Assembly (NCBI GenBank): GCA_964016885.1
Contig: OZ024756.1
Span: 31,124,001-31,188,000 of the forward strand
DNA from: Eledone cirrhosa
Taxonomy: Eukaryota
Direction of reading: 5' to 3'
DNA: 64,000 nt
In this document: positions 26,425-42,240 of the stretch, in pieces
Layout of the letters: each line of letters starts with the position of its first letter
Position numbering within the stretch: the first letter of the stretch is position 1
Position numbers and translations under genes: made by a program
Notes under the pieces: model-generated
Told to the model about the DNA's origin: nothing
Seen by the model: only the letters and a program-made list of their open reading frames with translations
Databases searched by the model: none

Positions 26425-26699
26425 TGTATGTATATATTTATGTATGTATATATTTATGTATGTATATATTTCCACATGCGTATATAGATTTACTAAAATA
26501 TGTATATATGCTTATATATGGATTTAAGCATTTGTTTCAGCTGTGTAAATAAATATTAGGTGTAGATCACATATATAGGTGCGTGTGCGTCTGTATGTAT
26601 GTTTGTGTGCGCGTGCATGAGAGAAAGTATGCGCCAATAAACATACATACATTGATGTATCGGTATATATTTTAAATATATATATATATATATTAATAT

Positions 26700-26782
<83 letters not shown>

Positions 26783-26845
26783 TGTATGCATATATATGCA
26801 TATTTAAATACATGCTCCGGCTGTGTACAGCTACACAGTCATTTA

Positions 26846-27006
<161 letters not shown>

Positions 27007-27280
27007 TGTATGTATGTATGTATCTATGTATATATATATATGTATACATAATGTGATTATGTGTTCAGATATTCATATATGCATATATGTTGCCATTCCA
27101 TTTCTCAGAATATGCGCATATATCCATAAAATACACAATTAAACTTGCATGGATCCAAACATACATAGATACTTATACTCCAATGCACCCCACATATATT
27201 CCTGCATTCCAAGACATAAATGGGTTTACCTATCGATATATTCACATATACATATGCATATATATATACATATATATATA

Positions 27281-27760
<480 letters not shown>

Positions 27761-27827
27761 AAAAAAAATGAAATCGAAAATGCAACTGGAGTCTTATTTT
27801 TTTTTAAATATATAAATTTATTTGGTT

Positions 27828-27865
27828 CCTTTACCGGTTTCGCAGTTCTTCTGCTTTTCAAAAGT
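27828..27865 (-). ncRNA. Minimal hammerhead with U3-A8 core (family H3)
   Basis: Minus strand: CTT-TTGAAAA-GCAG/aagaa/CTGC-GAAA-CCGG-TA-AAG. Confidence 0.65.
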
Positions 27866-27898
27866 AGAGTTGAGATGGAGGGACTGTGGTTTTTCTCA

Positions 27899-27981
<83 letters not shown>

Positions 27982-27997
27982 TATACATATATATATA

Positions 27998-28192
27998 TAA
28001 CGAAGGAGTTGTGTTAAGGAACCAGATGGACCATAACGTACCATAGTACTCAATACTTAGGGTAGTAGTGTGGGTAATAGAAGAAAGTATGACTCTGACG
28101 GCAGAGCTCAAGCAGTTTCGACGGCTATTTCTGGACTCAGAAATAGCCTTCGAAAGGGCTTGAGCTCTGCCGTAGGAGTCATACTTTCTCCT
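27998..28192 (-). mobile_element. Family H4 element folded back at hammerhead stem II
   Basis: Palindrome ~28077-28194 centred on GGCTATTTCT/ggactc/AGAAATAGCC; contains GAAAC..TTGAGCTC..GCCGTC; homologous to the 53365 and 58986 copies. Confidence 0.8.
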
Positions 28193-28487
28193 ATATATAT
28201 ATATATATATATAAAGAGTTAGGACCATGACGGATGAGGTCCGGCCGTTTCAAAAGATAAGCATTGATTACACTGGTGCGTTATGGTCCACCTCGTATCT
28301 TACCACACCCTCTTTGATATATATATATATATAAATATATATACACATATATTAATTCAAGTATGTGTTGGTTGATTACGCAGGGTAGAGCACCCGAAGA
28401 AGTGTGCAGGTGGGTCTGTTTATTCTTGAGTATATTAATAGACAAGAAGTGTAAGTCGCAAGTTAAAATTAACTTTGTTTAATGATA

Positions 28488-28554
28488 TTCTCTGTTATAT
28501 ATATTTCAGTGATAACCATTATGCAAGAGTTATGACCTCATCAGACAGCTAGAA
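28488..28554 (-). ncRNA. Type I hammerhead ribozyme
   Basis: Minus strand: CTGT-CTGATGA-GGTcATAAC..GTTATcACT-GAAA-TATATA-TA-ACAG. Confidence 0.8.
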
Positions 28555-28627
28555 TTTTATCAGAAAAAGTAGAAAATACAACGATGAAATACAGGTTACT
28601 TCGATATTCTGATATGCTCAAACATGA

Positions 28628-29260
<633 letters not shown>

Positions 29261-29479
29261 ATATCACGCACTAACCTCTGTGATAAATCGACTGCCTTTA
29301 TATATCCAGACCTGCTTATATTCTGACGCCCACTCACCCACACATCTACATATAAACTCCTAGTATATATATTGAATATAAACATTATTGTCTTAATACA
29401 TTGCCTGGAGACACTGTTTGTCTATGTACATAGACGTTAGAGACGTTAGAAATCAATTGTCAGCCAGATTAAGATTGAC

Positions 29480-29533
29480 TACACGCAACTAAATATGAAT
29501 TTGGTGCAGCGAGTGTGATTATATTATAGTATT

Positions 29534-29591
<58 letters not shown>

Positions 29592-29597
29592 TGCATT

Positions 29598-29645
<48 letters not shown>

Positions 29646-29689
29646 GTATATATATATATATATATGAATATATATAGTAATAATAATAA

Positions 29690-29723
<34 letters not shown>

Positions 29724-29855
29724 CATATATATATATATTTATATATATGTGTATATATGTTTATATACATATATATATATATACACATACATATCCATGC
29801 AAATAATAATATAATCACACGCGCTGCACCAAATTCATATTTAGAGTTGCGTGTA
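29480..29855. repeat. Inverted repeat (~45 bp arms) around TA/GT microsatellite
   Basis: TAAATATGAATTTGGTGCAGCG pairs with CGCTGCACCAAATTCATATTTA. Confidence 0.85.
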
Positions 29856-29882
29856 CTCATACACACACACACACATACACAC

Positions 29883-29940
<58 letters not shown>

Positions 29941-29945
<5 letters not shown>

Positions 29946-29968
29946 ACTCACAGACTTACGTGCATAGG

Positions 29969-30051
<83 letters not shown>

Positions 30052-30058
30052 ATATATA

Positions 30059-30138
<80 letters not shown>

Positions 30139-30166
30139 CCTATGCACGTAAGTCTGTGAGTAAAAT
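29941..30166. repeat. Perfect ~35-bp inverted repeat around (TA)n
   Basis: ATTTTACTCACAGACTTACGTGCATAGGTATG pairs with CATACCTATGCACGTAAGTCTGTGAGTAAAAT. Confidence 0.92.
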
Positions 30167-30633
30167 TGCTGGGTTCCTATAATAAATCAGAGCGACGAAA
30201 TATCGAGCGACATAAAACTGGACATTTTTACAAGTTACTCGAGTCATATTATGTTTCTTTGAGAAATGTCATATCTATTTTGATTTTCATTTTCATTTTC
30301 ATTTTCATTTTCATTCAGAATATAGCGAGAGTTATTGTAGTAATAAATACCGAATCTCTGGCGAGGAAATCAAATTTACCGAGCGAAACTAAATGTCTCA
30401 CAGTTTCAGATTTGAAAAACGAAAACTAAAACGAAAACAATAATAATGGCGTCGAACATGTAGCTTAGCGATCAAGAATATATGTGAATATATATATGGG
30501 AAGTAGGTTATCATGTAATTGTCTTTCATGATTAAATTCAAGATTTCTGGCGGCATGTATACATATATATATATATATATATTTACACATATATATATAT
30601 TTATACATACACACACACACATATATATATATA

Positions 30634-30755
<122 letters not shown>

Positions 30756-30761
30756 TATATA

Positions 30762-30855
<94 letters not shown>

Positions 30856-31144
30856 GGATTACATATTCATTGCAGAGCATTCCGAACATTAACCCATACG
30901 CATTGCACGGTAATGTTTTAGTTTATATAATATTTCCTTTGTTGATTTATTGTTCATTTTATCTCCTGCTCAAGCAATTTTTTTGATTTGTGTTAATGTT
31001 TCCTGGGGGAGGTTTATAAAGTTCGATTTGGAGTTCAAACAACATGTTGCTAAAGCTGTTTGAAACGTAAGGTCAGGGACAATGTTATATATTATAAGAA
31101 GCATACGATCATACGAAGTGAAGAAGAAATAATTACACGGCGAG

Positions 31145-31210
31145 TAAAAAGCCACAGCCGCTATTGACTCAGCAATTGATCTCCATGTTGGTCTGTCATT
31201 CATTGCCGTT
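31145..31210 (-). mobile_element. Tiny RTE-like LINE C-terminal remnant
   Basis: Reads AMNDRPTWRSIAESI, like the DRxxWR terminus of RTE ORFs. Confidence 0.35.
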
Positions 31211-31872
31211 CATTGATTTGTCGTTTTAAACACCCCCAAATCTTTTTCCTGTCATATAATAATTAAGAAAGCCTGCGGTGATCCAACTAATTAATTCGGT
31301 ATGATTTAATCCGGCATGAGCCATAGAAGAGACGAATTAATAGTTGAATAGCGGAATTGTTAGCTTGTCAGATAAAACGCCTTGCAGTCTTTATTCCAGC
31401 GCTTTTCATTTTTAGTTCTTGTGTGGAAGATTTAATCAGCCTCAGGGCTTATCTTGTCCGAAAGAGCATTCTGCTGCAAGGATTCACAACAAATCGCTCG
31501 TTTGAGGGAAGCATTCGCCATCAATCATATCAGCTCAGGAATAAATAAGAAATCAGTGGTATGCGTTATTTAGGATTCAATACCATTACAATATGTACCT
31601 ACTTATGTTTGAAGTAAACGGAATCTGAGAAGTTTAAGTCATACATCAAAACGAACAGATTCAGAGCGTAAGAAATGGTGGAAATATATAATAAACCAAT
31701 TTGCTGATATGATATCGATTCAGATCAATATTAGATTTCATCGAAAGAAACCAAAACTAAACACAAATATTTTAAAGATTTCAAAGATTAAACAGTATTT
31801 ACAAAAAAAATTTTTTTAAATACAAACAAAAATCATTAAAAGCAATGATTTATACACACACACACACGCACG

Positions 31873-31999
<127 letters not shown>

Positions 32000-32087
32000 A
32001 AGTATGTGTGTGTGTGTGTGTTTGTATACAAACATACGCATACATGTATATATTTATATATATATATGTATATACAAATATACAATA

Positions 32088-32125
<38 letters not shown>

Positions 32126-32185
32126 TAATAAGAGTAATAGTAATAATATAAATTTGAAGACTAAAATACAAAGAGGGCTCGATAA

Positions 32186-32263
<78 letters not shown>

Positions 32264-32264
32264 G

Positions 32265-32303
<39 letters not shown>

Positions 32304-32306
<3 letters not shown>

Positions 32307-32488
32307 AACAAAAGATGGTTAAAAGAGTTCCATGTATTTTATTATGCGCATTTCAAAAACAAATATCATCATGCAATAATATTTGTGTTTTCATCAGATG
32401 AAAACACAAATATTATTGCATGATGATATTTGTTTTTGAAATGCGCATAATAAAATACATGGAACTCTTTTAACCATCTTTTGTTCTT
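32304..32488. mobile_element. Perfect 92-bp-arm palindrome centred in a hammerhead core, between TA runs
   Basis: 1-nt spacer at 32396; minus strand reads CTGATGA-AAAcACAAATAT..ATATTTGTTTTT-GAAA-TGCGCA-TA-ATAAAATA. Confidence 0.85.
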
Positions 32489-32580
32489 ATATATTATGTA
32501 TACTCCAGTTTTACAAACTGTAGAGTGCTTCTTATCCGATATCTGCATTGCTTTATTGTACTACAATAAAACTCACCTCC

Positions 32581-32614
<34 letters not shown>

Positions 32615-32759
32615 ATATATATATGTATATATATATATATATATGCCTGTGTTCGTACACACATATGTATACATACATACATATATATTATATATAAGTG
32701 CGTGTGTTTATGTGTATACGTGCTTATGTGTATTATGTGTGGGTATATGTTGGTGTCTT

Positions 32760-32847
32760 TCTTTGTGTGTATGTGTATGTGTATGTGTTTTTGTGCCATT
32801 GTATATATGTTTCTGCGTTTGTGTGTGTTTGTGTGCTCACACACATT

Positions 32848-32883
<36 letters not shown>

Positions 32884-33430
32884 ATATATATTCAATATAT
32901 ATGTATATATATAAATGTGTATGTGTATGTGTGTGTGTGCGTGTGTGTGTGCGTGTATGTGTATGTGTGTTTGTGCCATTGTATATGTTTCTGCGTTTGT
33001 GTGTGTTTGTGTGCTCACACACATTTGTACATATATATATATATATTCAATATATATATTCAATATATATATATATATATATATGTGTGTATGTGTATGT
33101 GTGTGTGTGCGTGTGTGTGTGTGCGTGTATGTGTATGTCTTTTTGTGCCATTGTATATATGTTTCTGCGTTTGTGTGTGTTTGTGTGCTCACACACATTT
33201 GTACATATATATATATATATATATTCAATATATATATATATATGTGTGTATGTGTATGTGTGTGTGTGCGTGTGTGTGTGTGCGTGTATGTGTATGTGTT
33301 TTTGTGAAATTGTATATATGTTTCTGCGTTTGTGTGTGTTTGTGTGCTCACACACATTTGTACATATATATATATATATATATTCAATATATATGTATAT
33401 ATATATATGTGTATGTGTATGTGTATGTGT
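32760..33430. repeat. Five tandem ~130-170-bp units of microsatellite-rich sequence
   Basis: ATTGTATATATGTTTCTGCGTTTGTGTGTGTTTGTGTGCTCACACACATTTGTACATA recurs five times. Confidence 0.9.
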
Positions 33431-33909
33431 ATGTGTGTGTGTGCCTGTGTGTGTGTGTGTGTGGTTGTGTGTGGGTGGGTGTGCGTGTGTCTGTGCAATT
33501 CACCCAGACAGGCAGTTGATTTCTTCTTCAAATCAAGCGATAACGCCGACAGCTTTAAATTAGGTGACATGGCAACATAAAAGCAAATGATTGAAATTAA
33601 CTGAGAACACAACAATAAGTATGTGCTTTTCTAGTTGGCTTTCAGTAGTATTTTATGCTATTTTCAGAAAATCTTTTCAATTTTCTGCCAAACAGCAAAA
33701 ATATTGGATTAACGAGATTATATGACACCAGAATTTCCATTGAAAATTAATCTAGCTGCGTTTCAGAAATATATTCTTGGTATTCTTTATATTTTATTGT
33801 GAGATTTCTTTATATCATTATTAGTTTTATTTTAATATTAGCTATTATTTTTAATACTTGTTTTAGGTGTAGCGTATTGTATTATTGAATATTTTACGAT
33901 ATATATGTT

Positions 33910-33994
<85 letters not shown>

Positions 33995-33997
33995 ATG

Positions 33998-34090
<93 letters not shown>

Positions 34091-34188
34091 GTGTGTGTGT
34101 GTGTGTGTGAGTGTGTATGTATTTATGTATATGTATATATATATATATATTTACACATATATATATATACCATCATCATCACAGACGA

Positions 34189-35060
<872 letters not shown>

Positions 35061-35544
35061 TGTGATGATGATGATGACTGTGATGATGATGATGATGATG
35101 ATGATGATGGTGAGGATGATGATGGTGGTGGTGATAGTGGTGGTGGTGGTGGTGGGAATTTCGGGGGTTGGTAGCGGTCAGTGGTGGTGGTATGATGATG
35201 ATGATGATGATGATGATGAGAAGGACACGCAAAGGAGGAGGAGGAAGTGGACGTAAGGGGTGAGGAGGGGACGTTGAGTAGGACAAGGAGGAGGAGGAGG
35301 AGGAGGATAAAGAGCAAGTGAAGAAGAAAGAGGTGGAGTAGGAGGAGGAGGAAGGGCGTGGATGAGGAGGAAGTGGACAAATGGGGGGAGGAGGAGGAGG
35401 AAGAGGAGGAGGGGCGGGAATCTGTCAATATGGCGGTTATAAGAAAATGTTGTTTGACTTCCGTTGGTTTAGGATTACGTGTCCTACCGGTAGGTGACTG
35501 TTCAATCAATGGAACAGCCTGCTCGTGAAATGAATATGCAAATG

Positions 35545-35880
35545 GCTTTGAACTCAGAATGTAAAGGGATGTAACTCTATGCCGAAAAGCATATTGTCCG
35601 ACGCTCTACCGATACTACCTATTCACCAGCCTTTTATTAATAATAACAATAATGATAATAATAACAGTGGTTTCTTATACAGGCACAAGGCCAGCAATTT
35701 GGGGGGAGGGGAAAATCGATTAAATCGACTCCAGTGCATTGCTGGTACTTTATTTTATCGACCCGTAAGGATGAAAGGCAAAGTTAACCTCGGCGGGATT
35801 TGAACTCAGATCATACAGGGAGGTAACTCTATGCTTCAAAGCATGGCGTCCGACCCTCTACCGATACTGCCAATCCACAA
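35545..35880 (-). mobile_element. SINE family A: one partial and one full copy
   Basis: Family consensus on the minus strand. Confidence 0.85.
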
Positions 35881-35891
35881 TAATAATAATA

Positions 35892-35927
<36 letters not shown>

Positions 35928-35928
<1 letters not shown>

Positions 35929-36050
35929 TGCTTGCTGGGAACAGCAAGAACCCTCCGATACGTCCTGAATATCTGAGGCTGCAGGTAGTGGCTTGATATT
36001 CATTCCAACGGACTTTCCAGTTAACCAACATCAATGACTGAGATTCAAGG
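35928..36050 (+). mobile_element. Dong/R4-like LINE extreme 3' end inside (TAA)n
   Basis: Encodes CLLGTARTLRYVLNI*, matching the R4/Dong C-terminus; TAA repeats on both sides, the known Dong target. Confidence 0.75.
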
Positions 36051-36626
36051 AATAATAATAATAATTAATATTAAAATTATAATAGCCAAATGGGGAATTT
36101 ATGTACCTAATCTGTATTTTATTTCTTTAGTTTATGCAACAGTGTTTAATTATTCATTTAAATAATTAATAATTCTAGTAATTAATGCTTAGGGTAACAT
36201 TGGTCTGTATAATATTTTACTACACCGATAAATTGATTAATTAATTATTCAATTAAATATTTAAGCACCTTTAAATAAACATCATGAATATAACACAGAC
36301 TAGAAAATTAGTGAGTGTGTGACAGCGACACATATATATATATACACCAGGTGGGAACACATAGAAACCAAACTCCCACTGTCACTGCCTCCGTCTCTTA
36401 CGCTTTCCCCCATCACTCACTATTATGAGCAAATGAGGCCCACGTGATAGCCGAGAACGAATATATAATGCTTTGATTGTTAATTAGTCAGAGAGACTGC
36501 CTGTATAAAAAGCATTACTTACGGTAGGTTTGTGATGTCATAATCACTTTAACGAAACTGTGTGCATCCCCCTTCTGATGAATTACACCTCTAACTCAAA
36601 AGCCGACAACCTCTCAAAGCAAATGC

Positions 36627-36723
<97 letters not shown>

Positions 36724-36779
36724 AAAGTGAGCTTTTTTTACAAAATGAAAAATAACCGAAGTCTCCTACACGAGTGAAA

Positions 36780-36860
36780 GTATAAAGAAAAAAAGATGGA
36801 ATCGAAAATGCAACTGGAGTCTTATTTTTTTTTAAATATATATATTTATTTGGTTCCTTA
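36780..36860 (-). mobile_element. Family H3 3' fragment
   Basis: ATCGAAAATGCAACTGGAGTCTTATTTTT..ATTTGGTTCCTT as at 27770-27832. Confidence 0.7.
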
Positions 36861-37032
36861 TATATATATATATATATATATATAAATCATATGCAATACT
36901 TAATGAGGTATTACACTTCATCAGAAAGCCTATAGTAGTGAAATTCAACTGTTCACTACAAAGTAGAATCCAGTAATGAGATTTTCATTGAAAAAAATGT
37001 AAAAATAGCATGAGATATACACACACGTGCAT

Positions 37033-37129
<97 letters not shown>

Positions 37130-37131
<2 letters not shown>

Positions 37132-37301
37132 CGATGGTCGACTGAAAGTTCTTAAGCTGACTCTTATGAAATCACTAAATAAGGGTATTTCAGAATTTAG
37201 TCGCTGGAAAACAAAGCAGTTATGAAGAATGCATGCAAGATTTCACAGCGCTAGCATCATTCATTCATAGTCAGCCTATGAACTTTTCCGCCCACTCCGT
37301 G
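37130..37301. mobile_element. Mariner-type MITE remnant
   Basis: TACGATGGTCGACTGAAAGTTC ... GAACTTTTCCGCCCACTCCGTG imperfect terminal inverted repeats. Confidence 0.5.
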
Positions 37302-38042
37302 TGTCTATGTATGTATATATGTTTAGTTATTTATATATATGTGTATGTGTGTGCATGTATATGCATGTGTATGCGTGTTAGTGTGTGTTTGTGTGACACT
37401 CTTTTTAAGTATATGAGTGTGAAAGTCTGTATATATATTATATATACATGCATAACATAAACTCAGATATACTCTTACAGGTAAATTTACGTCAATTAGA
37501 TAAACATATATATATCTGTGTATGTACATCTACATATATTTTGAGTACTCTGTATGTTTGTGGGTTTGTGTGTGTTTGTTTATGTGTTTGTGTGTGAGCT
37601 TGTCATGTGGACATATGCGTATATATGCGTATCAGCTCATGTGTACATTTAAATATTTTAGCATTTTTTAACAAGACAACACGTTATATTTGGATAACCC
37701 CACACAGGCACACAGAAATACATAGTTTTTTCACGTCTCCCTCATTAATCCTAAGTGGTATCCATTATTCGTTTTAATATCTATCTTCAGTTTACTTTAC
37801 ATTTTTGTTTCTCTTGTTCATAATGCTTTTAACGATGCCCATATACATTGTTTTATGTTTTGTTGTTTTGTTCATGAAAGTGCCGTTATCTTTCTGCTTA
37901 GAAAAGCTTTTGAAACATAAAACAAAGAAGAAACGAAGAAGTGGAAAGAAAAGTATCCAATTTCTCACCACTTATCGCTTTGCTACAGGTATAGAGCAAT
38001 AATGCGTTATTTCTAACTCCCACGCCTCTATACAAAATATAT

Positions 38043-38590
38043 TGGATTGGCAGTATCGGTAGAGGGTCGGACGCCATGCTTTGACGCATAGAGTTACGGC
38101 CCTTATCATTCTGAGTTCAAATCCCGCGGAGGTTAACTTTGCCTTTCATCCTTACGGGGTCGATAAAATAAAGTACCAGTAATGTACTGGTAACTTGCTG
38201 GTCTTGTGCCAAAAGTAGAAACAATTATTATTGTATCTGTATAAAGGGCGGTGGATTGGCAGTATCGGTAGAGCGTCGGACGCCATGCTTTCCAGCATAG
38301 TTACTTCCGTTGTATGGTGTATGAAACGGACTCGTTGCTCGTCAATGAAATCAGCTTACATGTGAGCTGTAACAACAGCGTCCATATATATATAGGTGGA
38401 GGGTTGGCAGTATCGGTAGAGAGTCGGACGCCATGCTTTCCAGGATGGTTACGTCCCTTTACAGACAGAGTTCAAATCCCGCCGAGGTTAACTTTGCCTT
38501 TCATCCTTACTGGGTAGATAAAATAAAGTACCAGTAATACACTGGGATAATTGCTGGCCTTGTGCCAATAGGTAGAAACAATTATTGTAT
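38043..38590 (+). mobile_element. Cluster of SINE family A (full 38043-38230, head 38248-38305, full 38395-38590)
   Basis: Consensus GGATTGGCAGTATCGGTAGAG..CTGAGTTCAAATCCCGCCGAGGTTAACTTTGCCTTTCATCC..GTAGAAACAATTATT. Confidence 0.9.
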
Positions 38591-38654
38591 CTGTATATTC
38601 ATCGGTCTATATCATTTGGTTCAGTGGTTGTTGGGCTGGATGGTGTTAGTTCCT

Positions 38655-38792
38655 CTGTTGGCTGGCTGGCTGCTTGGCTGGTTGGCTGCTTGGCTGTTTG
38701 GCTGCTTGGCTGCTTGGCAGCTTGGCTGCTTGGCTGCTTGGCTGCTTGGCTGCTTGGCTGCTTGGCTGCTTGGTTGCTTGGTTGGTTGGCAA
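38655..38792. repeat. (GCTGCTTG)n octamer repeat
   Basis: Direct reading. Confidence 0.9.
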
Positions 38793-38996
38793 GCTAATTA
38801 GAAGACTGGATTAACCACTTTACTTCCCTCCGAAGAAGAGATATTATGTCGAAAATTAAGGATATTTAAATAAATTTAAGGTAAAGGACTAATTGTCAAC
38901 AATATCTTTTGCATTTGCATTTATATTCTATACCCATACCTGCATTGTCTTGGCCTTACAACTACAAACGTTTATATATATATATGTATATACATG

Positions 38997-39031
<35 letters not shown>

Positions 39032-39230
39032 TTGTATATATATATATATGTGTGTGTCTGTGTGTATGTGTGTATGTATAATACATATATGCGCATATAT
39101 TCCATCCTCTGATCAACCTGATTTCCATGAATATCTTCCCATCCTTCTATAATGTCAAGGTCGTAGAAACCTATTATTTCTAATAAGTGGAGCACAATAA
39201 TACAATAACACAATAGATTGCATTCACATT

Positions 39231-39314
<84 letters not shown>

Positions 39315-39489
39315 TAGATAGAGGCATAGATATAAATACATATACATGTATATTTATATACACACACATATATGTATATATAAACATATATATAAGTATA
39401 TATATATATGTGTATGTATATAAAATATATATATATATGCATATATATCTATTTGTATATATGTATATATATGCATATATATCTATCTG

Positions 39490-39541
<52 letters not shown>

Positions 39542-39697
39542 AGAATACATATGTATATATATATATGCTTTGGTGGTGTGTATGTATGTATTTATGTTTG
39601 TATGTATTTAAGTGTTTGTTTGCGAGCGTCTGTTTACATGACCCCCCCCCCCCCACCAACCCACATTATCTCTCCATCTCTCTCTCACTCTCTCTCG

Positions 39698-39775
<78 letters not shown>

Positions 39776-40012
39776 CTATTCCTCTCTCAGTACCCGTGCT
39801 GTATGCGTATGTGTTTGTTTGGCGCGAGCGTTTCTATTAATCTGCTGTCTATATTTTCTTCCATCTTTTTCCCCCTTTATGTTAATTTGAAAGCGAGGAG
39901 TGTAAAATAGGTTCTCGATATTTTTAACCTCAGAGGAAATCAAACCACCATACGTTAATTCACTAGAAATTTGTTTTTAATGCATATCTATTGCATTATC
40001 TTAATATTTATG

Positions 40013-40044
<32 letters not shown>

Positions 40045-40139
40045 TATGATGTATGTATGTTATTTATGCATATTTGTATATATCTATGTATGTATGTACG
40101 TAACTATATATGTATGAATTGTATATATGTGTGTCTATA

Positions 40140-40178
<39 letters not shown>

Positions 40179-40281
40179 AATATAGTGAATATATATATAT
40201 TTTTATATATATATCCATATATATATGTGTGTGTGTGTATGTATGTAGATATGTATGTATATATATATGTATATATATAAG

Positions 40282-40323
<42 letters not shown>

Positions 40324-40330
40324 TATATTC

Positions 40331-40361
<31 letters not shown>

Positions 40362-40370
40362 CATATATTC

Positions 40371-40402
<32 letters not shown>

Positions 40403-40899
40403 ATTCATATATTCATATATATGCGTGAGTGTGTAAATAGGCGCATGTAGGTAAGTGTCTATGTTTGTGTGTTCATGTGTTCATGTGTTTGTGAGTTTGT
40501 GTATTTACATGTCAGTATGATGTTGATGGGGCGGATCATGAAATTGTCACATATAGCGGAAATATCAGACCACATTAGGTGTCCGCATCTCAACATTTTA
40601 CATCTGTTACTAGATTTATATTTTCTTAGTGTTTGTTAGTCTTTGAAATATTTCATAGATATTTTCCTACACACATAAATAACTAATGGATGCATCACAA
40701 TTTCGAGATTTGCTAAAACTGGATCCCTTTCCAACACATGGGTAGCATGAACAAAGTGCCTTTTTTTTCGGCCCTGGCCAGCCAAGCTCATGCAATACAT
40801 ATGTAAGTTGTTTTGATCAACTGATGCATATGCTTGAAGCCTTTTTAAGTGAAGAAATGTCTTCCACTTGAACATTTTCTATAGTTGAGTAAACTTGAA

Positions 40900-41435
40900 A
40901 TAAACGTGAAATAAAGTGTCTTGCTCAAGGACACAACACATCACCCGCTCCGAGAATTGGACTCACACCCTTTCGATTGCGAGCCCAATGCTCTAACCAT
41001 TAATCCATGACCCTTCACCATTCTACCGTTCTAAGTCTCATAAAAAATAATGGCCAATCCTTTATGTAATTCGTTTAATATATCTATTAAGTGCACTTGA
41101 TTATTGGTGATTCTCTGCTTAAAGTGTGGGATTTGATATAAACTAATCACATGAAATTTGATAAAGACTTCACTGAAAATGGTTAATGGATATATATATA
41201 TATATATATATAAAAGGAACGATCGACTTTAGTCAAATCGAACCGAGGGAACAATGTTTCCGTTGGTCTTTCCAATTGCTAATACTATCTATCGGTCGCA
41301 ACTCCAGGTAGTAGGAGCAACGTGAAATAAAGTGTCTTGCTCAAGGACATAACGCATCGCCTGGTCCAGGAATCGAACTCACAAGCTTACGATTGCGAAT
41401 CCAATTCTCTAACCACTCAGCCACACGCCTTCACA
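40900..41435 (-). mobile_element. tRNA-derived SINE family B, two partial copies (40900-41020, 41310-41435)
   Basis: Minus strand: GTGGCTGAGTGGTTAGAG..GAGTTCGATTCC..GTCCTTGAGCAAGACACTTTATTTCACGTT. Confidence 0.8.
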
Positions 41436-41654
41436 TATATAAACGCAAGTTTAACAGATGAATTTCCTAAAAGTTGAGCATACACATACTTAGAGACATT
41501 TTAGGCGAGATAATAGTCACACCTTCGCTGTAGCTAATTACAATAAGGTAATATGGTTTCAATATTAGAATATTAACTGAATTTCATTAATAAATCTCCA
41601 TTCAAAATTGAGTTGGTTTGAAAATGGTAGTGATGAAGCAGGACGTGTACCTTT

Positions 41655-42240
41655 TGGTAGTTTAATTAGTGATAATGGTATACTAGTAATGATATAAGTA
41701 GTGTACTAAATGTTATTGATAGTTTAGTTAGTGATGGTAATATAGTGGCAATGATATTAGTAGTGTACTAAAATTATAGGTGGCTTAGTTAGTGATGGTA
41801 GTATACTAGTAATTATATCAGTAGTGTACTAAACGTTATAGAATCTATAATATAGATGGTTTAGTTAGTGATGGTGGTATAGTGGTATTAATATTAGTAG
41901 TGTTACTACCATTACTAACTAAACCACTATAATATTTAGTACACTACTAATATCATTACCACTATACTACCATCACTAACTAAAATACCTGTAACATTTA
42001 GTACACTACTAATATAATTACCATTATGCCACTACCACTAACTAAATCACCTATAATACTAAATATTATAGGTGATTTAGTTAGTGGTAGTGGCATAATG
42101 GTAATTATATTAGTAGTGTACTAAATGTTACAGGTATTTTAGTTAGTGATGGTAGTATAGTGGTAATGATATTAGTAGTGTACTAAATATTATAGTGGTT
42201 TAGTTAGTAATGGTAACAATGTTAGTAGTAGAATAATTTT
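41655..42240. repeat. ~60-bp minisatellite containing a perfect 152-bp-arm palindrome (41907-42215)
   Basis: Unit TTTAGTTAGTGATGGTAGTATAGTGGTAATGATATTAGTAGTGTACTAAA..; 5-nt spacer CTAAA at 42059-42063. Confidence 0.92.

Noticed and set aside
32760-33430. CRISPR-like repeat-spacer pattern (also 28840-29260, 57705-58045)
   Set aside because: Intervening sequences are homologous or microsatellite rather than unique spacers; eukaryotic context with no cas genes
38043-38130. tRNA genes at A/B-box sites
   Set aside because: No proper cloverleaf; each continues into a SINE body and tail, some with TSDs
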